Assembly (NCBI GenBank): GCA_046754465.1 | Contig: JBHHVU010000003.1 | Coordinates: 1 to 64,000, forward strand | Direction: 5' to 3' | Source: Nitrospinaceae bacterium | GTDB lineage: Bacteria; Nitrospinota; Nitrospinia; Nitrospinales; VA-1 | DNA length: 64,000 bases | In this document: positions 38,402 through 48,204 of the stretch, piece by piece | How positions within the stretch are numbered: position 1 is the stretch's first letter | How the letters are laid out: every line of letters begins with the position of its first letter | Notes under the pieces: model-generated | The model's input: the letters and a program-made list of their open reading frames with translations, nothing else | Told to the model about the DNA's origin: nothing | Database searches by the model: none | Program-made: the position numbers and the translations under genes

Positions 38402-39430
38402 ATGAAAGACGATTCGCCCCTGGATTCGGCCATCGACAGCGAAGAAGTTCAATACGACAACAAACTGCGTCCCGCCAGTTTCCAGGACTACATCGGCCAG
38501 GACAAAATCAAGGAGAACCTGGAGATCTTCATTTCCGCCGCCCGCATGCGCGGGGACGCCCTCGACCACGCCCTGTTTTACGGTCCCCCCGGACTCGGCA
38601 AGACGACGCTGGCCAACATCATCGCCGGGGAGATGGGGGCGAACCTGAAAAGCACCTCCGGTCCGGTCATCGAGAAATCCGGCGACCTCGCCGCCCTGCT
38701 CACCAACCTCAAGCGGGGCGACGTCCTGTTCATCGACGAAATCCACCGCCTGTCCAACCCCATCGAGGAAGTGCTCTATTCCGCCATGGAGGATTTCAAA
38801 CTGGACATCATGATCGGGCAGGGTCCCAGCGCGCGGTCCATCAAACTCGAACTGCCGCCGTTCACCCTGATCGGCGCCACGACCCGGGCGGGTCTGTTGA
38901 CCTCGCCCCTGCGCAGCCGGTTCGGGGTCGTCCACCGCCTGGACTATTATAACGAGAAAGAACTTGAGACCATCGTCACCCGGTCGGCGGCGATCCTGGA
39001 GATCGCCATCACCCCCGACGGGGCCGACGAAATCGCCCGCCGCTCGCGCGGCACCCCGCGCATCGCCAACCGGTTGCTCCGGCGCGTGCGCGACTACGCC
39101 CAGGTCCGGGCCGACGGGGTCATCGTCCGCGACGTCGCCCGAAAATCACTGGAAATGATGGAAGTCGATCAAAAAGGTCTCGACAAAATGGACAACAAAC
39201 TGTTGTCGACCCTGATCGAGAAATTCAAGGGCGGACCCGTGGGCCTCGAAAGCCTTGCCGCCGCCATCAGTGAAGAGAAAGACACTATCGAAGACGTGCT
39301 CGAGCCCTATCTCATCCAATCCGGATTCATCCACCGCACCCCGCGCGGGCGTGTAGCGACCCAGGCCGCCTACAGGCACCTCGGCATTATCCCCCCGTCC
39401 AAGGAAAGTTCCCAGAACTCGCTGTTCTAA
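38402..39430 (+). CDS. ruvB: Holliday junction branch migration ATPase
   Basis: [35 protein letters not shown]. Confidence 0.98.
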   Translation: MKDDSPLDSAIDSEEVQYDNKLRPASFQDYIGQDKIKENLEIFISAARMRGDALDHALFYGPPGLGKTTLANIIAGEMGANLKSTSGPVIEKSGDLAALLTNLKRGDVLFIDEIHRLSNPIEEVLYSAMEDFKLDIMIGQGPSARSIKLELPPFTLIGATTRAGLLTSPLRSRFGVVHRLDYYNEKELETIVTRSAAILEIAITPDGADEIARRSRGTPRIANRLLRRVRDYAQVRADGVIVRDVARKSLEMMEVDQKGLDKMDNKLLSTLIEKFKGGPVGLESLAAAISEEKDTIEDVLEPYLIQSGFIHRTPRGRVATQAAYRHLGIIPPSKESSQNSLF

Positions 39431-39508
39431 CCCCCGCGGCGGGGCATAAAAATTAATAGCAAGCAAAGGAAATAACCCGCGTACAAACATGACAGAGCCT
39501 GCTAATGG

Positions 39509-39931
39509 GTGACCCCTTTGAAAAAATTGACAAAAGAAAATATCTTAAAAGTTCAAAAAGAAAGAGGCCGTGGAAACAAGAACATTCATGTGTTTGCTCG
39601 AAAGGGCAATAATGAATGGGTAATACCTGCAATATTTGGAAGAGAGGACTATCAAATAGTTTTAGATTGGGTGAGGGACGGTAATGAGATCCTTGAACCC
39701 CCACCAAAGGACATTGATCCTAATAGAGGCCCTTGTCATCATGTTTTCGGGTCATCGCTTGTCTCCTTAAAAAAAATAAATCAGCGTTTACTTTTTTATC
39801 GAAGCAAACGATGGCCCAACCCGCCACCCTTTTTTACAGAAATTATTTTACGGAACCAAAATTTTGGACAACAGGGCCCAGGAGACTTGGCCATTTTGTT
39901 TGCTTTGCTGTCCATTTTGCTCACCTCATAA
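39509..39931 (+). CDS. AT-rich hypothetical ORF or gene remnant
   Basis: 140-aa GTG-start ORF in an AT-rich patch; N-terminal half looks protein-like, no family recognised. Confidence 0.3.
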   Translation: MTPLKKLTKENILKVQKERGRGNKNIHVFARKGNNEWVIPAIFGREDYQIVLDWVRDGNEILEPPPKDIDPNRGPCHHVFGSSLVSLKKINQRLLFYRSKRWPNPPPFFTEIILRNQNFGQQGPGDLAILFALLSILLTS

Positions 39932-40062
39932 GACAAGGTTGACACTCTTTTTTCGGACGGGTAGAGTTGTGAAATATTGCTAATCACTTTATTAATCCCC
40001 AACGTTTGGCGACTTTAATTTTTGGGTTGTTCGTTAATTTTTCGTATTGAAAGGAAATTATC

Positions 40063-40344
40063 ATGGCTTATGCAAGTGCCCGTCACATCCTTGTGAAATC
40101 CGAAGATCAATGCAATGAATTAAAAAAGCAAATTGAAGGTGGCGCTGATTTCGGCGAAATCGCCAAGCAACACTCCGAATGCCCCTCCGGCCGGGACGGC
40201 GGTGCGTTGGGTGAGTTCCGTCCCGGTCAGATGGTGCCGGAATTTGATGAAGTGGTTTTCAGGGACGAGGTGGGCAAGGTGCACGGTCCGGTGAAAACCC
40301 AGTTCGGTTATCACCTGATCGAGATCACCGATCGAACGGATTAA
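40063..40344 (+). CDS. ppiC: Parvulin peptidyl-prolyl isomerase
   Basis: ASARHILV, HSECPS, GQMVPEFD, KTQFGYHLI. Confidence 0.96.
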   Translation: MAYASARHILVKSEDQCNELKKQIEGGADFGEIAKQHSECPSGRDGGALGEFRPGQMVPEFDEVVFRDEVGKVHGPVKTQFGYHLIEITDRTD

Positions 40345-40355
40345 AGAGCAAGGGG

Positions 40356-41231
40356 TCAGCCCCAGGCTTCCTGGAATTGGTCGAAAAACACGTCGTCCAA
40401 ACGGGTGGTCCCCAGGATCTTTGGCTGCTGGTAGGTGGTATACCCGTGAAAGTCCCGGCTTCCCGTGACAATGAGTCCCAACTTTTTGGCGAGATCGGTA
40501 AAGTATTCCACCATACTGGTTTTCTCGTGATAGGGATAGACACATTCCAATCCCATCAAGCCGAACGATTTCAGTTCTTCCAGCCGGCGGGGGATTCCCT
40601 CGAAGTCGAGTCCCTTGGCCGGATTGTGGATGGAATAGGTCCTCTCTCCCGGATGGGCCAACACGGGGATGCCGCCGCCACGGCGGACGAGGGCAATGGC
40701 CTGTTCGATGGGGAGGTTCTCCCGTTCGACATTATAGGGAACCAGGTATCGCTCGAAAGCCTCCCCGGTGGACGCAACGATCCCCAACCGCGTCATTTCC
40801 CGGGCAAGGTGGGGACGGGCCAATACCCCTTCCGCGGCTTTGCGGACGTTTTCGAAGCGGATTTTTCCCCGCCAGGCTTCTGGCACCACCCGGTTGATTT
40901 GATCCACCAACTCCCGCATCCGGTTTTCACGTTTTTCGAACATCTCCTTGACTTCTTTCCGCAATTCCGGGTCGATCGACTTGGCATCCTTGAAATACCC
41001 GAGGAGATGAACATTGATATTCTTGTAACGGGTGGTGATCTCTATCCCCGGAAAGGCGGAAATGGGCGTGGATTCAGCCGCCTTAAGAAACTCGCCGATG
41101 CCTTCAAAGGTGTCGTGGTCGGTGAGGGACAAAATGGAAACCCCGTATTGCTGGGCGAACTCCACTAGTTTCGCGGGATTGAATTCCCCGTCGGACATCG
41201 TGGAATGCATGTGAATTTCGGATTTTCTCAT
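40356..41231 (-). CDS. PHP-domain phosphoesterase
   Basis: HMHSTMSDG, LTDHD, GIEI, HLLGY, LAHP, GSRDFHG. Confidence 0.92.
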   Translation of the reverse strand: MRKSEIHMHSTMSDGEFNPAKLVEFAQQYGVSILSLTDHDTFEGIGEFLKAAESTPISAFPGIEITTRYKNINVHLLGYFKDAKSIDPELRKEVKEMFEKRENRMRELVDQINRVVPEAWRGKIRFENVRKAAEGVLARPHLAREMTRLGIVASTGEAFERYLVPYNVERENLPIEQAIALVRRGGGIPVLAHPGERTYSIHNPAKGLDFEGIPRRLEELKSFGLMGLECVYPYHEKTSMVEYFTDLAKKLGLIVTGSRDFHGYTTYQQPKILGTTRLDDVFFDQFQEAWG

Positions 41232-41479
41232 AATTCCTAACCATGGGATGAACTCTCATATTAACTATTTTACCCAGGTTTTACAAAAATAATGGGCTCT
41301 TCAGCGTGAATGACAGTCTCCGCCGGGGAATCCTTAAATTGGGGAGACGGATTGCTTTACCTTCGATTTTTCGATAATCTTAAGGGTATGCCTGCCAAAC
41401 CATGGACGGAAAGGACGGTTTTCAGTCCGGGTTTCCTCTCCTTTCGGGGGAATGGCGGGATTCTCAAACGGTGGCAGTT

Positions 41480-42802
41480 ATGAAGAAATTTTTGATTTTT
41501 TTGGCCATGCCGGCCGTACTGTGGCCGGCTTTTTCGCTTGCGGAAAACCCCCGGGGCGCCTCCCAGGCCCGGGAACTTCTGATCGTTTATTCGGGGAATA
41601 CCTTGGGGGAACTCAAACCCTGCGGCTGCGCCAAGGAAGAGGACCAGGGAGGAGTGGAACGCCGCATGAGTTACCTTGAAAAAGTGAAAGGCCGGGAAAA
41701 AAACCTTCTTCTGGTGGACGCCGGCGACAATTTCAAGGAACCCACCCGGCAAGGCAGGGTGAAGGCGCGTTTCCTCCTGAGGGCCATGGCCAAAATGGGC
41801 TATGACGCGGTTCTTCCCGGCGAGCACGATTTCGTTTATGGGAAGGAATTGATGGATGAAAGGAAAAACTTCCCCTGGATTTTGAGCAATATGGAATTTC
41901 GCTCCGTTCCCTGGCCGGTGATGCAGTTCAAGCGCTTTGATAACAAGTTGAAAGTAGCGCTCTTGGCTGTGGCCGATCCTGGATTGTTTGCGGGGGTCAA
42001 ACACTCCGGCAGCCGGGTGGCCGATCCGGAAAAGACGGTGCGGTCCCTCCTGAAAATAATCGAGGGTCCGGAAAAACCGGACCTCGTGGTTCTTCTGACC
42101 CACATGGAGCGGGAGGCGGCCCTGGCACTGCTGAATCTGGATGGGGTGGATGTGATCGTCAACGGTCACATCGGCAAGGATACTGATCTTATCGACATGA
42201 CCCCGGTTCGGAAGGGTGAAAAGATACTGGTTCAACCCGGACCCCGGGGCCAGAAAATGGGAGAACTGAGGGTCCGCATCGATGCCAGGGGAGGGAAAAC
42301 CTTCCAGCAGAAGACGGTGCGGTTGGATTCCCAATTTCCACTGGACCCTGATATGGCGAAGTTGTATGACGAGTATAACGGCAAGATCGAGGAGTTGTTC
42401 TTTGCGTCCCTCTCGGCCCGGAAGGACAAGAACTCAAAAAAGGTATACGCCACGGAAAAGAAGTGCCAGAGCTGCCACGCCGAGGCGCACCGGACCTGGG
42501 TAAATTCCCGGCATGGTCACGCATACGCCACACTCCGCAAGATCAACAAGGCGTTTGATCCCGAATGCCTGACCTGCCACGTTACCGGATTCAACCGGCC
42601 TGGCGGGTTTGTCAGCGAAATCGATACTCCCGGCCTTGAAAACGTTCAGTGCGAAGTTTGTCACGGTCCGGCCTTGCAGCATGTTCAGGCGCCGGGCAAG
42701 GGCTTTGGTCTCGATCCGAGACAGGCCTGTAAAACCTGTCACGTCAAGAACCACAGCCCCCGCTTCAACTATGAAAAGTACTGGCCTAAAATAAAACATT
42801 AA
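41480..42802 (+). CDS. Exported UshA-like metallophosphoesterase-fold protein fused to a tetraheme c554-like cytochrome
   Basis: Signal peptide; GELKPCGC...GGVERR, DAGD, GEHDF, LTH, GH; CQSCH, CLTCH, CEVCH, CKTCH. Confidence 0.88.
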   Translation: MKKFLIFLAMPAVLWPAFSLAENPRGASQARELLIVYSGNTLGELKPCGCAKEEDQGGVERRMSYLEKVKGREKNLLLVDAGDNFKEPTRQGRVKARFLLRAMAKMGYDAVLPGEHDFVYGKELMDERKNFPWILSNMEFRSVPWPVMQFKRFDNKLKVALLAVADPGLFAGVKHSGSRVADPEKTVRSLLKIIEGPEKPDLVVLLTHMEREAALALLNLDGVDVIVNGHIGKDTDLIDMTPVRKGEKILVQPGPRGQKMGELRVRIDARGGKTFQQKTVRLDSQFPLDPDMAKLYDEYNGKIEELFFASLSARKDKNSKKVYATEKKCQSCHAEAHRTWVNSRHGHAYATLRKINKAFDPECLTCHVTGFNRPGGFVSEIDTPGLENVQCEVCHGPALQHVQAPGKGFGLDPRQACKTCHVKNHSPRFNYEKYWPKIKH

Positions 42803-42868
42803 CCGGAGTCAAACCTTCGGTTGCATCCGGGACGGTCATCTACCAAAACCGAGAATCAGGAGATCAAT

Positions 42869-43492
42869 ATGAGATATGTTTCAACCCTCTTGCTTGTCAT
42901 GACACTGTTGCTTCCCGGATCCGCTTTCGGGGGAGATAAAATTGGTGGAAAATACCAGGTCATCGGCGACCTGGAAAAACTGAAGGGAACTCAATCAATT
43001 AAAATGGTGGAGTTTTTCAATTATTCCTGCGGGCATTGCTACCGGTTCCTGGACACCTCCAAACGGTTGCAGGCAAAATACAAGGACAAGCTGCTTCATA
43101 AGAAATATCCCATTTATTGGGGCAACCAGACTCCCTACCCGGCCAGGGCTTTTTACATCGCCGACGAACTTGGCATTGAAAAGGAGTTCACGCAAAAACT
43201 GTTCGACACCAATTTCAAGCTGAATATCAATATATTTCAGCCCCGGGTGATCCGGTTCGTGGCGAAGGAGTTCGGTGTGGAAAAGCAGATGGAAGCGGGG
43301 ATGCAGTCGGAAAAGATCATCGCCAAAGTCCAGAAATCCCTCGATCTGGCCAAAAAATATGAGGCCAACGAAACCCCGACCATCATCATCAATGACGTGC
43401 TGAAAGTGGCTCCCAGCATGTCCGAAGGCAACGTGGAAACGATGACGGACAATTTAGACCTTATTTTTCAAGACATTTTGAGCTACAATTGA
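42869..43492 (+). CDS. DsbA-like thioredoxin-fold protein
   Basis: EFFNYSCGHC, cis-Pro loop TPTIIIN, signal peptide. Confidence 0.88.
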   Translation: MRYVSTLLLVMTLLLPGSAFGGDKIGGKYQVIGDLEKLKGTQSIKMVEFFNYSCGHCYRFLDTSKRLQAKYKDKLLHKKYPIYWGNQTPYPARAFYIADELGIEKEFTQKLFDTNFKLNINIFQPRVIRFVAKEFGVEKQMEAGMQSEKIIAKVQKSLDLAKKYEANETPTIIINDVLKVAPSMSEGNVETMTDNLDLIFQDILSYN

Positions 43493-43555
43493 AATTAGTC
43501 ATAAAAAGTTCCCGGGAGGGAGATTTTTGACTTCATTCACCCCGGCCCATTCTCA

Positions 43556-45133
43556 ATGCGGCCCATGATCAGGAAAATGCGATTGATGTTTGGAAAAAAA
43601 TTTAAAATATGGATATCCGGGTTTGCGATCGTTCTCCTCAGTATTCTGTTCGCCGGCCCCATCGGGAATTGGCAGCCGAACGGATCCTTTCTTCCCACCG
43701 CCCAGGCCGGATTTTTCAACAACGACCTGGAATTATTTGACGAGGTGGTGGACTTGGTCTCGGAAAAATTCGTTTACCCTCCGGATTACAAAAAATTATT
43801 CTCCGCCGCCATTGATCAAATGCTGACCAAGGCGGGCAAGGAGGGTTTTAAGGTCCAAAAGACCTCCCAGGGCCGCGTCATCAGCAGTAAGAACTACCAG
43901 GTGGAATACGATCTCAATTACGATCCGGGCCACGATCTGGAATCCTTCAAAAAGGTATACCATTTCCTTTTGGCCGAATCGCGGAACAAATTTTCCAAGG
44001 AGGACATGGAAGTCGCCGGGATCAGCGGGATCATGAACTCGCTCGATCCCTATTCCCAGTATCTGGACAAGGACGCGTTCGACAAATCCATGCGGGATAC
44101 GGAAGGAAAATACGGGGGCCTGGGCATGATCGTGACCATGAAAGACGATCAGCTTCTCGTGGTCAAAACCATGAGAAATGGTCCGGCCCGGCGCGCCGGG
44201 ATCCTCCCCAACGACAGTTTCGTTAAAGTGAATGGTCAGAACGTGCGCGGGATGCAGATCACGGAACTGGCTGAGATGCTCCGGGGTTATCCCAACACCA
44301 AGGTCACCATCACCCTCCTTCGGGCGGGCGGCCACAAGGAGCAAACCTACACCCTGACGCGGGAAATCATCTCCATCGAAACCGTCAGTTACGAGACGCT
44401 GAAAGACGCCATCGGTTATATCAAGATCACCAGTTTTTCCAAGCAGACCAACGACCAGTTGAAAAAATCCCTGGCCCAGGCCAAGCAGGATGGGGTCAAG
44501 GCGTTTATCCTCGACTTACGTGACAACCCGGGCGGGCTGCTCAACCAATCGGTCAAGGTGGCGAGCCATTTTCTTTACCGGGGGCGACTCATCGTTTATA
44601 CCCAGGGGCGGCGAAAAGCCGATTATAAAGAATACCGGGCGCATTACAAAAACAGCCTGTTGCACATGCCCGTGGTGATATTGATCAACCGGCATAGCGC
44701 CAGCGCATCGGAGATCGTCGCGGGGGCGCTCAGGGATTCGGGAAAAGCGTTGATCATCGGGGAAAACTCCTATGGGAAGGGATCGGTCCAGACCATCTTC
44801 CGGATCAGCGACGGGTCCGGACTGCGCCTCACCACGTCAAAATATTACACGCCTTCCGGAATCGACATCACCAAACACGGCATCGTTCCGGAAATCAAAA
44901 TCGTCAAGGAAATCGGGTATGAGGACGAAGCGGACACCGGAGCACCCACCCCCTCCATTCGCCTGAAGGAGGCGGACCTGGACAAATTCCTCAGCCAGAA
45001 AGGTCTCCAGGTGGACGAGGAGCACGATTCCAGCCTCCGGTTCGCGCACATGGTTCTCAGGAACATGACCATCGCCAACCGGAAGGAAACACTTGCCAGA
45101 GCCAGGGAAATCGCGGCCAATATTCACTTTTGA
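43556..45133 (+). CDS. ctpA: S41 C-terminal processing peptidase
   Basis: LDPYSQY, PDZ YGGLG, DLRDNPGG, SASASEIVAG, GKGSVQ. Start uncertain. Confidence 0.93.
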   Translation: MRPMIRKMRLMFGKKFKIWISGFAIVLLSILFAGPIGNWQPNGSFLPTAQAGFFNNDLELFDEVVDLVSEKFVYPPDYKKLFSAAIDQMLTKAGKEGFKVQKTSQGRVISSKNYQVEYDLNYDPGHDLESFKKVYHFLLAESRNKFSKEDMEVAGISGIMNSLDPYSQYLDKDAFDKSMRDTEGKYGGLGMIVTMKDDQLLVVKTMRNGPARRAGILPNDSFVKVNGQNVRGMQITELAEMLRGYPNTKVTITLLRAGGHKEQTYTLTREIISIETVSYETLKDAIGYIKITSFSKQTNDQLKKSLAQAKQDGVKAFILDLRDNPGGLLNQSVKVASHFLYRGRLIVYTQGRRKADYKEYRAHYKNSLLHMPVVILINRHSASASEIVAGALRDSGKALIIGENSYGKGSVQTIFRISDGSGLRLTTSKYYTPSGIDITKHGIVPEIKIVKEIGYEDEADTGAPTPSIRLKEADLDKFLSQKGLQVDEEHDSSLRFAHMVLRNMTIANRKETLARAREIAANIHF

Positions 45134-45177
45134 TTCTTTTGATCCCTAAATCTTTATCGAGGTATGGAGCTGGAACG

Positions 45178-45420
45178 ATGAACATCATCAGTATGGATTA
45201 TGAAAAAGGAACCGTTCAAAGCGACTTCTATCTTTGGAAAATTGTTTCCAACAACCAGAATAAATTCCTTTTGCTGCAACGGGAAGAAAACGGCCGGTTT
45301 CACGCGGCCGAAGCGGATGTGAAGAAAAAACACCTGTGGGAGGTCAAGGAAATTTCATATCACGGACCCAACGGGGAAACGTTTTACTTTGACGAGGAAA
45401 CGGGGATCGGAAGCTTTTAA
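45178..45420 (+). CDS. Small hypothetical protein
   Basis: SD GGAG before ATG 45178; 80 aa. Confidence 0.6.
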   Translation: MNIISMDYEKGTVQSDFYLWKIVSNNQNKFLLLQREENGRFHAAEADVKKKHLWEVKEISYHGPNGETFYFDEETGIGSF

Positions 45421-45427
45421 CCCCCGG

Positions 45428-46006
45428 TCAGAACAGCTTCAGGGATTTCAGGTTCCCCAACGAACTCTTCAGTTCGTTCTTCGTTTTATCGGCCAGAAAA
45501 TTTCCCCTCAGATCCAGTTTTTGCAGTTTGGGAAAGGTTTTCGTTTCCGCGAACGCGAGAGCCCCGGCATCACGGATCTCGTTCCATCCCAGTTGCAATT
45601 CCACCAAGTTGGGGAAACTTTTGGATTGGGCGAGAATGATGGCGCCGCTGTCGCCAAGAAAGTTGTGTCTTAATATCAAGGTCTTCAAATTGGGCAGCGA
45701 GGGAGATGCCGCAAGCATTCGGACCCCCTGCTCCGTTATTTTGTTATAACGCAATTCCAGTTTGGTTACTTTCTTCAACCATTCCTGCCCGACCAGGTGC
45801 TTCATCCCCTCGTCGCCAATTTTTTTCCCGGACAAATTGAGGAATTTTCCGTTTCTTCGCAAGCTCTCCTTAAACAGCTTTTCATAATCGATGGGTTTCT
45901 TCTCATCAAAAAATTGAGCGTGGCCCACGCCATAAAGCAAAACCAGGGCCAGACCCGCCATCATCGAACCCCGAAACAGGCGCTGAACCAGTGGTTGGTA
46001 TTTCAA
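45428..46006 (-). CDS. Exported leucine-rich repeat protein (RI/GALA-like)
   Basis: LxxLxLxxNxIxxxGAxxLA repeats; TTG 46006 with SD AAAGGAG overlapping the upstream stop; signal peptide ending VGHA. Confidence 0.85.
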   Translation of the reverse strand: MKYQPLVQRLFRGSMMAGLALVLLYGVGHAQFFDEKKPIDYEKLFKESLRRNGKFLNLSGKKIGDEGMKHLVGQEWLKKVTKLELRYNKITEQGVRMLAASPSLPNLKTLILRHNFLGDSGAIILAQSKSFPNLVELQLGWNEIRDAGALAFAETKTFPKLQKLDLRGNFLADKTKNELKSSLGNLKSLKLF

Positions 46007-46590
46007 TTCTCTGACTCCTTTTTGCCGGTATTCTCCTTCTCTTCTTCGATGGAGCCCCATTTTTCCTCGTCCTCGCCTTCGTCCTCGAAATCTTCCTCGT
46101 ACATAAAGTCTTCAATGTCGTCGATGTAGAGGTGGCACAACCGTTTCCGGTTTTTCTCTTTTTTGAGAGTTTCCAGGCCCAATCGGCGGATTCGGTTCGA
46201 CGTTAGGAACAGGTGTTTTAATTTAGACAGAATCTTGGATTCCGCGATGGCGATGGCGCCTTCGTCCTCTACCAGGTTTCCATAAAGGTTTAACTTTTTC
46301 AGATTGGCCATGTACTCCGACCCGGCGATGGCCTTGACCCCATCGTCGCCGATCACGTTGCCATAAAAATCCAGGTCGGTCAAATTCTTGAAGTTTTCGG
46401 AGTTGGCGATGGCTTGGGCTCCTTCGTCCCCAATATTATTGTTGGGCAAACTGAGCCATTTGAGCTTTCTCAGGCTTTTGGTTTTCGCCAGTATGGCCGC
46501 CCCCTTATCGCCGATATTTTGATTGCTTAGATCCAGATGCTTTCTGTCGGGAGTCAAAAATTGTTTGATGAGATATTCGACGCTGGCCAC
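46003..46590 (-). CDS. Cytoplasmic leucine-rich repeat protein with acidic tail
   Basis: 28-aa LRRs of the form LDLSNQNIGDKGAAILA; Asp/Glu-rich C-terminus. Confidence 0.88.
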   Translation of the reverse strand: MASVEYLIKQFLTPDRKHLDLSNQNIGDKGAAILAKTKSLRKLKWLSLPNNNIGDEGAQAIANSENFKNLTDLDFYGNVIGDDGVKAIAGSEYMANLKKLNLYGNLVEDEGAIAIAESKILSKLKHLFLTSNRIRRLGLETLKKEKNRKRLCHLYIDDIEDFMYEEDFEDEGEDEEKWGSIEEEKENTGKKESEN

Positions 46591-46705
46591 GGGAAATTTC
46601 CTTTAAATCAAAGTGAAACCGATTGGAATTGTTTTTCCCGGTTATTATATCATAAACCCCGGTTGCCCCAGAAAAGTCACCGCTGCGTTTCCACCGGGGC
46701 GGGGC

Positions 46706-48043
46706 TCACAACGTCCCATAGCGGACGAGGAACAGCAGGGCGATCAAGTACAGGCCCCAATGCACCTGCTTGGCCTGGCCGCAGAAAACCTTGATGATGG
46801 GATAGGAGATAAACCCCAGGGCCATGCCGTCGGCAATGCTGTACGTCATGGGCATGCCGATGAGAACGAGGAACGCCGGGAGCGCCTCATCCCATTGTTC
46901 CCAGTCGATCCGGGTCAGGTTTTTCGCCATGAGGCAGCCCACGATAATCAGGACGGGGGCGGTCAGTGGGTAGAGGGTGGTCTTTTCATCGACGGAAACC
47001 CCGCCGCCGACCATTTGGGCGATGGGCGAAAAAAAGAGCGCCAACAGGAAGAGAAAAGCGGTCACGGCCGAGGCCAGCCCGGTGCGCCCTCCCTCGCTCA
47101 CCCCCGCCGCGCTTTCTATATAGCAGGTGACGGTAGAGGTCCCCAGGAGGGACCCGGCGGTGGTCGCCACGGCGTCGGGCATCAATGCACGCGTGGCCCG
47201 CGGCAGTTTTCCCTCTCTCAGGAACCCGCCCTGCTGGCCCACCCCCACCAGCGTTCCCGCGGTATCAAACAGATCGACAAAGACGAAAACCGCGGCAATG
47301 GTGAGGAGCCCCAAACCCAGCGCCCCCGTGATATCCAGTTGCAGCCACGTGGCCCGCAAACCGGGAGGGGGGGCCACCACACCGTGGAACGTCACCAATC
47401 CCATCGGCAACGCGAGAACGGTCAAGGCCAGCATGCCGATCAGGATGGCGCCCTTGACTTTTCTCCGCAGGAGGGTGGCAATGAACACCAGACCGAACAG
47501 GGTAAACAGGGCCGGAAAACTTTTCAGGTCTCCCAACTGCACGAGGGTCCCCGGATGCCCCCGGACCAACCCGCCCTGGACCAAACCGATGAAGGTGATG
47601 AACAGGCCGATCCCCCCGGCGATTCCGCTTTTGAGATCCGCGGGAATGACATTGATGAGCAGTTCCCGGACCCGGGTGACGGTGAGCAGAATGAGGACGA
47701 TTCCTGAAATGAAAACCGCGCCGAGCGCCACCTGCCAGGGGATTCCCTGACCGATCACCACGGAAAATGTGAAATAAAAATTGATCCCCATTCCGGGGGC
47801 GAGGGCGATGGGATAGTTGGCCCAAAGACCCATGATCAGACATCCGATGGCGGCGGAAATACAGGTGGCGGTCATCACCGCGCCAAAATCCATACCCGCC
47901 TGGGACAATACGGCGGGTTGCACAAAGATAATATACGATGAGGTTAAAAAAGTGACCAGCCCGGCTCGTAGCTCGGTGGGGATATCGGTTTTGTTTTCCC
48001 GCAGATTAAAGTAGCGATCGAGAAGGCTGGCAAGGCTGATCAT
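46706..48043 (-). CDS. NCS2/AzgA-family nucleobase permease
   Basis: APGMG, DLFDTAGT, TSTVTCYIESAAG, GGRTGL. Confidence 0.95.
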   Translation of the reverse strand: MISLASLLDRYFNLRENKTDIPTELRAGLVTFLTSSYIIFVQPAVLSQAGMDFGAVMTATCISAAIGCLIMGLWANYPIALAPGMGINFYFTFSVVIGQGIPWQVALGAVFISGIVLILLTVTRVRELLINVIPADLKSGIAGGIGLFITFIGLVQGGLVRGHPGTLVQLGDLKSFPALFTLFGLVFIATLLRRKVKGAILIGMLALTVLALPMGLVTFHGVVAPPPGLRATWLQLDITGALGLGLLTIAAVFVFVDLFDTAGTLVGVGQQGGFLREGKLPRATRALMPDAVATTAGSLLGTSTVTCYIESAAGVSEGGRTGLASAVTAFLFLLALFFSPIAQMVGGGVSVDEKTTLYPLTAPVLIIVGCLMAKNLTRIDWEQWDEALPAFLVLIGMPMTYSIADGMALGFISYPIIKVFCGQAKQVHWGLYLIALLFLVRYGTL

Positions 48044-48204
48044 GGGAACTCACCGTGATGGGGTTGTGGGGAAATAATTTTCCGGATCGCGAAATGCCCC
48101 TCAATTCCTGGAAATATTTTTTAATGCCTCGAAGTTTTCCTTTTTCTGAATCCTCATTTTCCGCCCGGTGAAACGCCGGGCGCCCCGGGTTTCGGATGCG
48201 CGAT

